Below, in pieces: positions 9,771 to 20,500 of a DNA stretch of 64,000 bases. How positions within the stretch are numbered: the stretch's first letter is position 1; every line of letters begins with the position of its first letter. Origin of the DNA: Acaryochloridaceae cyanobacterium VAR_48_metabat_390 (GTDB taxonomy: Bacteria; Cyanobacteriota; Cyanobacteriia; Thermosynechococcales; Thermosynechococcaceae); assembly GCA_031422435.1 (NCBI GenBank), contig JANPLU010000020.1, positions 15,898 through 79,897 of the forward strand. The letters are read 5' to 3'. The translations under genes were made by a program, and so were the position numbers. The notes beneath the pieces were generated by a model, which was not told the origin of the DNA, made no database searches, and saw only the letters and a program-made list of their open reading frames with translations.

Positions 9771-10345
9771 CCCGACTCAAAAAAGACCAAACTGCTCCAG
9801 ACAGTAAATAGGAACTTACCCAAAAGTCAACCACTTTAGGTCTTATTTTTCTAAGAAGGTCAGTTTAGCGACAAAGTAGAAATGCTAAGCTTGGCTTTCG
9901 TCTAGGGGTAAAGTTCTTACCTTTAAGGATGCCCTGTTGTGGTCTAAGAAATATATTTTTTGGGTCAGCCAACCGTTTTGGCTAATTCTAATAGCCCACT
10001 AACGTACATCCAGACTAAAAATAAGGATGGCTTAAAGGCGAATTTTGCTCCAAATTGGCAGAAGTGGGCAGCGCAATGGGGGCGTGATTCAGTGCCGCAA
10101 TGTGCCCGTTGCGAACGTTGACTTCTCCTCGCAGCATTGTCTAAGCGCCAGCGATCGATTGGTATTGGTTAGCCCAAGGCATGGAATTAGCGCACTGCTG
10201 TGTTTTTCAACTAAAAATTGACTGCCGTTGTTGAGCGCCGAATGCGGATACTGCGCAGGCCACTGTCCATTGAAAACAGGAGAGTATCAAAAATGCCCTG
10301 CGCCGATGTCTTCATACTGATGAACAGAACAAACTCTCTCGTCAG

Positions 10346-10659
10346 GCCATAATAGAGTTAATAGAGACAATGGGGTTTATCAGTTTCCGTTGCTAAGCAG
10401 AGAGGCAATTGAGCAAATGTTAGGACTCAGTGAATTAAAACAGACGCGGGTTTATCAAGATGCTTTGCAAGAAGGTATTGAACGAGGGCGATCGCTAATT
10501 TTAAAGCTATTGACCTGTCGTGTCGGGGGTCTGCCTGCTCAATCTGAAGCTAAGATTATGAAGCTTTCCATCACTCAGCTTGAAGCGTTGGGAGAGGCAC
10601 TCCTCAACTTTTCGAGTGCTGCTGATTTACAAAATTGGCTGACTCGAGTATCTCCTTAG
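10346..10659 (+). pseudogene. C-terminal remnant of an Rpn/DUF2887-DUF4351 gene; small module possibly expressed from ATG 10417
   Basis: AIIELIET, then a frameshift to VYQFPLLSREAIEQMLGLSELKQTRVYQDA...LEALGEALLNFSSAADLQNWL (DUF4351). No N-terminal PD-(D/E)xK domain upstream. Confidence 0.7.
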
Positions 10660-10674
10660 CTGCTGAGGGGAAAT

Positions 10675-12099
10675 GTGATTGCACAACTGCCCATCAACGA
10701 ATTAAAGTCACCACCCTCTAATGGGTTTCACCGTACCGTAAAACTTTTGAATTCTCTCTCCGCCCGACAATCTGCATTTATTGCGCTTAAGTCTGTCCAT
10801 AAAGGTGCTTTTGCAGACGTTGCCCTTGATCGCGTCTTGGCACATCACACGCTCTCTGATTCCGATCGCCGTTTGCTGACGGAGCTGGTGTATGGGTGCG
10901 TCCGGCGAATGCGATCGCTTGATACGCTCATTGATCAACTGGGTCGTAAACCTGCTCTGAGCCAGCCCCCTGATGTGCGCACTGCGCTGCACTTAGGGCT
11001 ATATCAACTTCGCTATTTAGAACAGATTCCGCCCTCTGCTGCGGTCAACACCACTGTTGACCTGCTCAAGCAAAACCGAATGAGTGGGCTAACGGGTTTT
11101 GTGAATGGTCTACTGCGCCAGTATTTACGACTTAGGGAAGTACAAGACCCGCTGACGTTACCCACAGAGCCTGTCGAGCGTCTGGGCGTTTTGCATAGCT
11201 ACCCCGATTGGATTGTTCAAACCTGGATTGACAGTTTGGGGCTAGAAGGTGCTGAGCAGCTTTGCCTTACCCTAAACCATCCCCCCAGCATTGACCTTAG
11301 AATTAACCCCCTCAAAACTGATCGTGATGCAGTACAGGCGGCTTTTACAGATTACGGCGTGACCACAACGCCTTTACCGCCGTTGCCCCAGGCTCTTAGA
11401 ATTGTGGGCAGTTCTGGTCCCATTCATCAGCTCCCTGGCTATAGCGAAGGCTGGTGGACGATTCAAGAAGCCAGCGCTCAACTGGTGGGGCATTTGGTGA
11501 ATCCAGAGCCAGAGACGATCGCGATTGATTTATGTGCCGCGCCAGGGGGTAAGACGACTCATCTTGTGGAACTGATGCAGGGGAAGGGGACCGTGTGGGC
11601 GTGCGATCGCACTGCATCTCGTCTCAAACGTCTCCAGCAGAACCTAAATCGGCTGCAAATCAACACCGTTAACCTTTGGGAAGGGGATGGTCGGAGCCTA
11701 TCTGCCGAGATCCCACTGGCGGACTACATTTTAATAGATGCACCCTGCTCTGGATTAGGCACCCTAAACCGTCACGCTGATGCTCGTTGGCGACAAACGC
11801 CAGAATCGGTTCAGGAACTATCTAAGTTACAGGGGCAGTTACTGAGTGCGGCAACGCAGCACGTTAAGCCAGGGAGCGGTGTAATTGTGTACGCAACCTG
11901 TACGCTACATCCCAAAGAGAATGAGGGTGTTATTACCCGTTTTCTAGAGCAGCATCCACAATGGCAGCTTGATGTAGAAAAAGTGGCGGCAAACCCTGTA
12001 CTTGCCGCGCTACAAACAGAACCAGGCTGGATTAAGATTTGGCCTCATAAGCAAGCGATGGACGGATTTTTTATGACGCGATTAAGGCAGGTATTCTAG
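10675..12099 (+). CDS. rsmB: 16S rRNA m5C967 methyltransferase RsmB/Sun
   Basis: NusB-like N-terminus, DLCAAPGGKT, DAPCSGLG, YATCT. Confidence 0.93.
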   Translation: MIAQLPINELKSPPSNGFHRTVKLLNSLSARQSAFIALKSVHKGAFADVALDRVLAHHTLSDSDRRLLTELVYGCVRRMRSLDTLIDQLGRKPALSQPPDVRTALHLGLYQLRYLEQIPPSAAVNTTVDLLKQNRMSGLTGFVNGLLRQYLRLREVQDPLTLPTEPVERLGVLHSYPDWIVQTWIDSLGLEGAEQLCLTLNHPPSIDLRINPLKTDRDAVQAAFTDYGVTTTPLPPLPQALRIVGSSGPIHQLPGYSEGWWTIQEASAQLVGHLVNPEPETIAIDLCAAPGGKTTHLVELMQGKGTVWACDRTASRLKRLQQNLNRLQINTVNLWEGDGRSLSAEIPLADYILIDAPCSGLGTLNRHADARWRQTPESVQELSKLQGQLLSAATQHVKPGSGVIVYATCTLHPKENEGVITRFLEQHPQWQLDVEKVAANPVLAALQTEPGWIKIWPHKQAMDGFFMTRLRQVF

Positions 12100-12186
12100 G
12101 CAATTGGGGTGACGATGCTACAAAATTTCATGAGAAAAGGTTGAAATAGTTTCCTTTCCAGGTACCCACCCAACTCCGAAAATGGA

Positions 12187-14328
12187 TTATGGCAACTCCC
12201 CTAACTTAGGACTCCACCATCGATCCTGAGACCAAAAAAATGCGACATCCTGATGCTGTTTGTCGATTTTAGCCTTTGGGTCGGCGCATCGCAGCATTTT
12301 TTTAGGCTGCCCATCTTTACTATAGTGATATTCCTCTAAGGGCTTGCTGCAAACTGGACACGGGAAAGCCGTTACGATCGCAACCACAGACGCTGTATTT
12401 TTCTGAGCGTGAGGAGCTTGCCACTGTTTATCGTGTTCAGACCAAAACAATACCAAATCAGTGCCTTCTTCAGTCTTACAGCCGTCTTGTTGGCACTTTA
12501 AGAAATATCCTTTTTTTAGTTTTTTGGTCGGCACCTTGAAGAGAGGTTGGCTACAGCTCGGACACTTTGTCCTTGATTTTTCAAGATCTCGTTTGGGGTA
12601 TGCTGCGACAGAGGTTGCCGGAAGGTTGCTCTGCGCTAGCTTTAGGGCTGGCTCAAAATAGTCTCGGTTCCATCCCGTCAGGTAGCGTTGCCACTCCTGC
12701 TGCCCAAGGGCGATCGCATCCAGTGCCTGCTCCATCTGTGCCGTAAAGTTGGCCTCAATGAGATCGGGGAGGGCGGTTTTCAAGAAAGCATCCACCTCTA
12801 GCCCCAACGTTGTGGGCTGAAGTTTATCTTTGAGGAGTGCCACATAGCCCCGCTGCTTGAGCGTGGCGATAGTAGGGGCATAGGTGGCGGGTCTTCCAAT
12901 ACCGCGACGCTCCATGAGCTGCACCAGCTTTGGCTCGGTGTAGCGCGGGGGCGGCTGGGTTTGCTTTTGCTCGTAGGTGGCGTTTTCTACGTTCAAAGTC
13001 TGCCCCTGGTTTAGCGCGGGCAATACCGCATCGGCGCTGAGATCTTTCCAGTATTTTGTATAGCCTGCAAATTCTAGTACCTGTCCTCTGGCCTGCCATT
13101 GCAGCCCACCAGATTGGGTCAAAACCTTGGTTTTACGCAGGAGTGCCGGCTTACACTGAGAGGCGATCGCCCGCATCCAAATCAGCACATACAGCTTAAA
13201 TTCATCGTCTGGGAGCTGAGCTTTGAGAGTGGCTGAAGCCTTGAAAACATCCGTAGGGCGAACGGCTTCGTGAGCCTCCTGAGCATTCTTGACACTCCGC
13301 TGTTTCGCAACCTGCTTAGGCACGTTGGCCTGATCGTGGGTTTCGAGCCACTGCTTCGCGGCTGCACAAAACTCTGGGCTGAGCTGCACAGAATCGGTTC
13401 GCATATAGGTAATTAGCCCCGCTTCATAAAGCTTTTGGGCAACCTCCATTGTGCGCTCAGGGCTAAACTTGAGGCGAGAACCTGCGGCCTGCTGAAGTGC
13501 GGAGGTTGTGAAAGGCGCTGGGGGCTTTTTGGTCATTTGTTTGCCTTCAATGTGCGTGACGGAATGGGGGTGATTCTGGGCGATCGCCACCAGTCCCTCC
13601 GCCTGCTCCAGGCTTAACACTCGCGTTGATTCTGTTGTCTTCTCAATTACCCCAGCGTCATCTACTGGGTCTTGCTCAGTGGGGTCTTTTTCAATGCCGC
13701 CGTGATAGAACGCGCGAAAACCTTCGGCGTAGTCTATAAACACCGACCAGTAGTCTTGAGGCGTAAAGGCTATAATCTCATGCTCGCGCTGACACACCAA
13801 ATGCAGCGTGGCAGACTGTACCCGACCGACGCTTTTAGCTCCATTATTAAGCCGCCACACCAGGGGCGATCCGCGATAGCCCACCAGTTTATCCAGCACA
13901 TCACGGCAGCGGCCTGCCTCGACTAGGTTCATGTCTAGGGCGCGGGAACGGGCGATCGCCGCTTTCACCGCAGCCTCGGTAATTTCTTGATACACGACGC
14001 GCTTTGGCTTTTTTAAGCCTAAAACCTGGGCAAGATGCCAGGCGATCGTTTCTCCTTCACGGTCTGCATCGGAGGCCAAAATGACTTCTTTAGCACTATA
14101 AGCAGCGGACTTGAGCTGAGCAATGGTCTGTTTGGCCCGCTCATCTTTAGGCACGTAGCGACACTGAATGCGATCCGCTTCAAACTCAAATCCCAAAGAA
14201 TCCACACCATCATTGGCAAGCTGTCGGATATGACCTGCGGAGGCTCGAATCTCCCAATCTGCACCCAAAATCGACTTAAGCTTTTTGATTTTTCCAGCCG
14301 ACTCTACAATCAGGAGAAACTTGGCCAT
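12187..14328 (-). CDS. Type IA DNA topoisomerase (accessory TopA-like) with C-terminal Cys zinc-ribbon-like motifs
   Basis: TOPRIM LLIVES...ASDADREGETIAWH, GRVQS, catalytic GLITYMRTDS, GIGRPATY, CPSC/CPVC. Confidence 0.92.
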   Translation of the reverse strand: MAKFLLIVESAGKIKKLKSILGADWEIRASAGHIRQLANDGVDSLGFEFEADRIQCRYVPKDERAKQTIAQLKSAAYSAKEVILASDADREGETIAWHLAQVLGLKKPKRVVYQEITEAAVKAAIARSRALDMNLVEAGRCRDVLDKLVGYRGSPLVWRLNNGAKSVGRVQSATLHLVCQREHEIIAFTPQDYWSVFIDYAEGFRAFYHGGIEKDPTEQDPVDDAGVIEKTTESTRVLSLEQAEGLVAIAQNHPHSVTHIEGKQMTKKPPAPFTTSALQQAAGSRLKFSPERTMEVAQKLYEAGLITYMRTDSVQLSPEFCAAAKQWLETHDQANVPKQVAKQRSVKNAQEAHEAVRPTDVFKASATLKAQLPDDEFKLYVLIWMRAIASQCKPALLRKTKVLTQSGGLQWQARGQVLEFAGYTKYWKDLSADAVLPALNQGQTLNVENATYEQKQTQPPPRYTEPKLVQLMERRGIGRPATYAPTIATLKQRGYVALLKDKLQPTTLGLEVDAFLKTALPDLIEANFTAQMEQALDAIALGQQEWQRYLTGWNRDYFEPALKLAQSNLPATSVAAYPKRDLEKSRTKCPSCSQPLFKVPTKKLKKGYFLKCQQDGCKTEEGTDLVLFWSEHDKQWQAPHAQKNTASVVAIVTAFPCPVCSKPLEEYHYSKDGQPKKMLRCADPKAKIDKQHQDVAFFWSQDRWWSPKLGELP

Positions 14329-14454
14329 TTTTGTCTACGTTCAATCGCGGAGAAATTCTACTAATAAAGCTTCCAGTCAAAATCAGCGTCCCAAACAAAA
14401 AGGCTGCACCCATTTGAGTACAGCCTTAAGCCTGTCAATTGTAGACTCAAATCT

Positions 14455-15291
14455 TTAGGCTTCTTGCGGCGAAACTCGACCGTAGAAAACGCCTTGGATT
14501 CTGACATCCTTGGGCTCATGGGCACCCATATCGCTATCTGAAGGCTGCTCTGCCTCAAAGGTACCCGCAATTTCTCCAGTGCGACCATCAACCTTCGCAA
14601 CCTGCATCGAAATCGCACCCTTGCCTACGATGAAGCGCTTCACGTTAGCGCGAGCCACTTCTTCTTCGCCTTCCGCTACAGCAGGCCGAGCGACGGCGTT
14701 GTCGTAACCTGTGGTTAAACCACGACCCTTCGGATCCAAAAAGTTTGAAGTCCGGTAGGACGGTACTTCATATTCTCCTTGAAAATCTGTGGAGGCGTTA
14801 ATCGTGGTCAGTCCGCTTTGGGTTTCGGCAACTAACCCCTTGAGGGTAAAGAGCATCGGAACTAGCTCACCATCCGAGAGCTTCACCGTAATGGCCTGAA
14901 AGTCCATCCCGTCTTCTTCATAAAACGTCAAGCCGCCGTCTTTATTGGGCTTGAGCGTTCCATTAACGCCTTCTAGAGAGGTCGTTAAACGAGTCATGAC
15001 TTTACTTGGAACAAACTCGGCTTCACGACGAGAATTTTTAGGTTCTTCTTTAACAAAGAAATTAATTGGCTCAAGACATAATTCAGTCAGCACATATTCT
15101 TGCCCCGACTCCAGCGGAAATGAACCCCGAGTCGTTTGGCCTAAGGTTTGGCATCGGTTTGCTAATCCTGTTCCTCGAATGTCTTCGTAGGTTAGGCTAG
15201 TGCGGCTCTGAGCCAACGCATTGCCGCCACTCAAAGGCAGAGCCGTCAGACAGACGGCGAACAGTGCAATGATGAAAGCGCGGAATCTCAT
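14455..15291 (-). CDS. psbO: Photosystem II manganese-stabilizing protein PsbO
   Basis: Signal peptide, LTYEDIRGTGLANRC, DGMDFQAITV, VPSYRTSNFLDPKGRG, QPSDSDMG. Confidence 0.96.
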   Translation of the reverse strand: MRFRAFIIALFAVCLTALPLSGGNALAQSRTSLTYEDIRGTGLANRCQTLGQTTRGSFPLESGQEYVLTELCLEPINFFVKEEPKNSRREAEFVPSKVMTRLTTSLEGVNGTLKPNKDGGLTFYEEDGMDFQAITVKLSDGELVPMLFTLKGLVAETQSGLTTINASTDFQGEYEVPSYRTSNFLDPKGRGLTTGYDNAVARPAVAEGEEEVARANVKRFIVGKGAISMQVAKVDGRTGEIAGTFEAEQPSDSDMGAHEPKDVRIQGVFYGRVSPQEA

Positions 15292-15716
15292 TGATCACCC
15301 TCGATATCAGAAGTATATAAAGACCTGTAGCACAGGAACCTGTAGAACAGGGATGTAAACATTAGCTCTGATGAAACCTAAAGCTAAAGGCGTTTTGATT
15401 GAGAGCTAAGGATGTTAATCGCAGAAGCCTAGCTTGATGATCGCTATGCATTGGAGCAGGAGTTGGTAGGGCAAGCCTAGACTCAAGTATGCATAAGCTG
15501 AAAGCAGGTGCTAAGGCATGTAAATCATCATCTCAGAAATTGCGTGTTAAACCACGGAGTCAATGACTGAGTTGTGATAGCGGATTGCCTTGCGTAGGAT
15601 GAGAACATCCAGTTTGAGGCTGTTTCACCAATCTCAGATCATCTCACTCTAAATGTTAAGAGACATCACGTCCCCTCGGATGTTCTGTTGAGCATTGTTC
15701 ACAGTTTTTATTATTT

Positions 15717-15971
15717 ATGAACGTGATTAAGGTTTTGTTGCTGATGCTGATTCAGCTTTACCAACGGCTTATTTCGCCACTGCTGCCGCCAAGCTGTCGT
15801 TATCAGCCCACCTGTTCAGCTTATGCCCTAGAGGCGGTTGAGCAGTACGGGGCGATCGCAGGCAGTTGGCTTGCCCTCAAGCGAATTTTGCGCTGCCACC
15901 CTTGGAGTGCAGGCGGCTACGATCCAGTTCCCCCCTGCGGCTGTTCCGATCATCCCAGGGCTAACCCGTAA
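15717..15971 (+). CDS. yidD: Membrane protein insertion efficiency factor YidD
   Basis: [22 protein letters not shown]...[15 protein letters not shown]. Confidence 0.93.
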   Translation: MNVIKVLLLMLIQLYQRLISPLLPPSCRYQPTCSAYALEAVEQYGAIAGSWLALKRILRCHPWSAGGYDPVPPCGCSDHPRANP

Positions 15972-16061
15972 GCGGAAATATAAAAAACAGATTTATAGCT
16001 TCCCAGAGGAAGAATGTTAGTATGGGAAAGTTGTCAAAATTGATTCAGCGACAAGGTTAAA

Positions 16062-16241
16062 ATGGCTTGCCCTAAAAAGAAAACCTCAAAATCCAAGCGT
16101 GACAAGCGTCGCGCTAACTGGAACCATCTTGGTAAAGTCCAAGCGACTAAAGCGATGTCTATGGGTAAATCTATCCTGACAGGTCGCGCTCAAGGGTTCT
16201 ATTATCCCGCTACTGACGAAACTGAAGACGAAGAATCATAA
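16062..16241 (+). CDS. rpmF: 50S ribosomal protein L32 (59 aa; missing from ORF track)
   Basis: Manual translation [59 protein letters not shown]. Confidence 0.93.
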   Translation: MACPKKKTSKSKRDKRRANWNHLGKVQATKAMSMGKSILTGRAQGFYYPATDETEDEES

Positions 16242-16301
16242 GGATACTGCTCCGTCCTGGGGCTAGGGTGCAATCAAGTTCAAATTCGAGAGGGTTGAAT
16301 C

Positions 16302-17300
16302 ATGGCACTGCCCCCAGCCCTAATTATTGGCACAGGCCGCTATATCTGGACTTCAATGTGGCATCTAATGATGTCTCGCTTAGCGCCCCGTTCCTCTTCG
16401 GGTGCATATCAGCGGCCTAAAAGCGAGTTTAGAGAGTGGGTGTCAGAAGAAAGCAGCAAATTCCCTCCTGCTTCTGGGCGCTACGTTTTAATTGTTGGTG
16501 AAGGATGCCCTTGGGCGCACCGAACTTTGGTAACTCGGGCGCTAAAGGGATTAGATGAGGCGATCGCCGTTGTCAAAGTTCTTCCTAACGTCAATGCAGG
16601 CGGTTGGAAGTTTGAGGAACCTTATTTAGGCTGTACTACACTGCCAGAGCTGTATCAAAAAGCGCAGCCCAAGTACAGCGGACGATCTACAGTGCCTATG
16701 CTGTGGGATAGCCAAACTGAGGTGATCGTCAATAACGAGAGCGCGGATTTGATTGTGATGCTCAACGCGCAGTTTAATGCGTGGGCGCAACATTCTAAAC
16801 TCGATCTTTATCCCGAGAACCTACGCGACAAAATTGACGTGTGGAACGACAAAATTTACGCGACGGTCAACAATGGGGTGTATCGCTGCGGTTTCGCCCA
16901 GACCCAAGCGGCCTACGAACAAGCATGCACAGAATTGTTTCAAACCCTAGACGAACTGGATCGGGTGTTAGGCACGCAAAGGTATGTCTGCGGCGATCGC
17001 GTCACGCTGGCAGATGTGCGATTGTTCACAACGCTATTTCGCTTTGATGCGGTGTATTTTGGTCTGTTTAAGTGTAACTTGCGCCAAATCCAGAACTATT
17101 CAAATCTTGGCCCCTATCTACGGGATCTGTATCAGCTCCCAGACGTTGCTGCCACCTGTAGCTTAGAAGCCGTCAAAAACGATTACTACGGCAATTTATT
17201 TCCACTCAACCCTGGACAGATTATTCCGTTAGGACCCGATGCCGACAACTTTAGCTTACCCCATCATCGGGAAGGTCTGGTTATCAAAAAACACGTCTAG
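16302..17300 (+). CDS. Glutathionyl-hydroquinone reductase (omega/xi-class GST, YqjG-like)
   Basis: CPWAHR active site, TVPMLWD, NNESA, NNGVYRCGFA, RFDAVY. Confidence 0.9.
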   Translation: MALPPALIIGTGRYIWTSMWHLMMSRLAPRSSSGAYQRPKSEFREWVSEESSKFPPASGRYVLIVGEGCPWAHRTLVTRALKGLDEAIAVVKVLPNVNAGGWKFEEPYLGCTTLPELYQKAQPKYSGRSTVPMLWDSQTEVIVNNESADLIVMLNAQFNAWAQHSKLDLYPENLRDKIDVWNDKIYATVNNGVYRCGFAQTQAAYEQACTELFQTLDELDRVLGTQRYVCGDRVTLADVRLFTTLFRFDAVYFGLFKCNLRQIQNYSNLGPYLRDLYQLPDVAATCSLEAVKNDYYGNLFPLNPGQIIPLGPDADNFSLPHHREGLVIKKHV

Positions 17301-17536
17301 TTTAAAGAACCCGCAGATGCTAATGGGCAAAATTTGATCACAAATGAATGTGACCTAAGAAGCCAGTCGATTTTCTACCCAAATTCAGCTTTTGCTGAGG
17401 TTTTTAGCATTTTTTAACCAGGAAGCATACAGATTTCAACTGACCGTGATAGTCTGTTGAAAAAAATTGACCTTCTTTATCGATCAATCCTTTCCATTAT
17501 TAAGATTTTGCCCCTCTGCCACGAGTTTAGCCATCC

Positions 17537-20500
17537 GTGTACGTTAAGCGCTTAGAGCTATCCTATTTCAAATCCTTTGGCAGCACTGCCACAATTCCGC
17601 TGCTGCCCGGATTTACCGTCATTTCAGGGCCAAATGGGTCGGGTAAGTCTAATTTATTAGACGCCATGCTGTTTGCCCTAGGTCTGACTGGCTCTAAAGG
17701 GATGCGGGCTGAACGGCTACCGGATTTGGTTAACCAGGCTCAGCTCAAGCGCGGACACTCTAGCGTTGAAACTAAGGTGACTGTTACCTTTGATATTTCT
17801 GACGTGCCTCCAGAAGATGGCACTCCTCTAGAAGAGCGGCCTGCTGAACGAGAATGGGAAGTCACGCGCAAGCTGCGGGTGACAAAGCAGGGCACCTATA
17901 CCTCCACCTACGCCATCAATGGCGAACCCTGCACCCTTACCGATCTTCATGACCAGATGAATCGGCTGCGGATTTATCCTGAAGGCTATAACGTCGTGCT
18001 TCAGGGAGATGTGACGGGCATTATCTCGATGAATGCCCGTCAGCGCCGCGAAATTATTGATGAACTGGCGGGGGTTGCCAATTTTGACCGCAAAATCAAC
18101 CAGGCTAAAGAAAAGCTGGATGCCGTTAAAGACCAAGAAGACCGCTTTCGGATTGTGGAGCAGGAGCTGAAAGAGCAGTGCAATCGCCTCGATAAAGATC
18201 GCGTTAAAGCCCAAAAGTACCAGCTCCTTCGCGCCGAATTTAACGAAAAATCTACCTGGGAAAATGTCTTAGCCTATCGTCAGCTTCAGCAGCAGACTGA
18301 GAAATTGCAGCAGCAAATCCAGGCCGAAGCCCAGCAGCAGACTGCGATTGAGGGACAGCTTGGGGCGATCGCCCTTGAGATTCAGACGCTATCGGCAACT
18401 TTGGCAGAGCTGAATGCTCAGGTCAAGGCATTAGGTGAAGATGAGCAGCTAGCGGTACAGGCGGCGATCGCCACTCAAGATGCAGAACTGCGCCAGCTCG
18501 AGCGCCAGCAGGCAGAACTTAAGGCAACCCAGCAGGTGGCAACAGAGCGAGGACAGCAACTTCAGCGGCAGCTTGCCGAGGAGCAGATGCAGCTTGCCAC
18601 CCTCACCCAGCAGCGTCAAGGTTTAGAAGCTGAAACGCTAAAAGGGCTGACCCAGCAGCGAGATCAGGCGCAGGCAGACCTAGAGCAGATTCGGGAACAG
18701 TCGAGGGTGATCGCCAATTCTGCCGATGCCTGGGTGCAGGAGCAGGCCAAGCTCCGTCAGCAAATGGAGACATTGCTGAGTACCCTAGACCCCAAGCGCT
18801 CAGAATTTGCCCAACTGCGAGAGCGGGTTGAGCAGTTAGGCCGTCAGTGCGAACAGCAAACCGAAGAAAGCCAAACCCTCGCCCAAACCATTGCCGAGAA
18901 GCAGATCCAGCTCACCGAATCACAAGCTGAGCTTGAAACCCATCAGCTTTCAGTTCAAACCTTAGCCACCGCCCTCGCCACCGCCGATGAAAGCGTCCGC
19001 ACCGAGCAGGACACCCAGACCCGTCTCCAGCGCGAACAGCGCGAAAAACAGCGGCAGCTCGATCAGCTTGAGGCCAAAGAAGAAGCCCAACAGGAAGCTC
19101 AAGGCACTTTTGCCACCAAAATTTTACTCAAATCGAACCTCTCTGGCGTTTACGGCTTAGTTGCTAACCTCGGTCGCGTGGAACCCCAGTACCAAATTGC
19201 CCTAGAAACCGCCGCCGGAGCGCGGATGGGGCATTTGGTTGTAGATAACGATGAAGTTGCCGCCGCTGGCATTGAGCTACTGAAGCGAGAACGGGCAGGA
19301 CGCGCCACGTTTTTGCCTCTCAACAAGCTGCGATCAGGGCAAGATTTGCCAAACCTTAAGGTTGAAGGGGCGCTCAACTACGCGGTTTACCTCATCGACT
19401 TCGACCCCAAGTACGATGCCGTCTTTGCCTATGTCTTCGGCAATACCGTAGTGTTTGAAACCCTAAGCGCGGCACGGCGCTACATTGGACGCTATCGCAT
19501 TGTTACCCTAGATGGCGAGCTGCTAGAGCCAACTGGAGCCATGACAGGGGGGAGTCGCTCTAATCAGCAAACCCTTCACTTTGGCAATGCTGAGGCGGGA
19601 GAATCCGCTGAGATTTTGGCGTTGCGTCAGCGTCTGGGTGAAATTGAGCAAATGTTGAGTCGCATTGAGGCGCGGTTAGGTCAGCATCAGCAGTCTCTCG
19701 CCACCGAAACCCAGGCGCTAACCGCCGCGCGTCAGCAGCACCGAGATGTACAGTTTCAGGTAGAACAGTTGACCAAAGAGCTTCAGGGCTTAACCCAGCG
19801 CCGTGACTCCTTATTTCAGCAGCTTGCCGCTAGTACCCAAGAGCTATCCTCCGCAAGCACCCGTCTGCAAACCCTAGAAGCAGAACTACCGCAGCAAGAG
19901 GCAGAACTGGCGGGGCTGAGAACGGCGATCGCCACCCAAGAGCAGTCCCAAACCCACGGCGAATGGCAGCGCCTTCAGGCTCAAATCCAAGCTCAAGAAA
20001 CCCTTCTCAATGCGCGCGAAGCAGACCTTCGAAGGGCACAGCAGCAGCTTCAGGCACTGGATGTGCAACTGCTAAGGCTTCAAGAAAAACAGCAGCAGAA
20101 TCAAACCGAGGTGGAGCGTGGGCAGCAGCAGATTAGCGCCGTTCAACAGCAAGAAGCCGCTAACCTACAACAGCAGCAGCAGATTAGCACTGCGATCACC
20201 GAGATGCGGGTGGAGCTTCAGCGGCTAGAAGCACATCTAGGAGAAGCAAAGCAAAACCGCGACAATGCCGAACAGCAGCTCCGCGCCCGTGCCACCAATC
20301 AACAAGAAATGACCTGGCAGATCCAGAAGTTGCAAGAAACCCAACAGCAGCAGACAGAGCAAATCGCACAACTACAAACCCAACTTCAAGAAAAAGCCCA
20401 AGAGCTGCCAACCCCCCGCCCCGAACTACCAGAAGGGTTGACACTAGAGGTATTACGGGAAGAACTGCGATCTTTACAGCGACGCATCCAGGCCATGGAG

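Noticed and set aside
10015..10315. Two short minus-strand ORFs upstream of the kinase (10211-10315, MKTSAQGIFD..., 34 aa; 10015-10137, MLRGEVNVRN..., 40 aa) as RiPP precursors
   Set aside because: Neither has the lasso leader pattern (YxxPxL...T-x-G with D/E at core position 7-9) or a clear RBS; cannot be supported.
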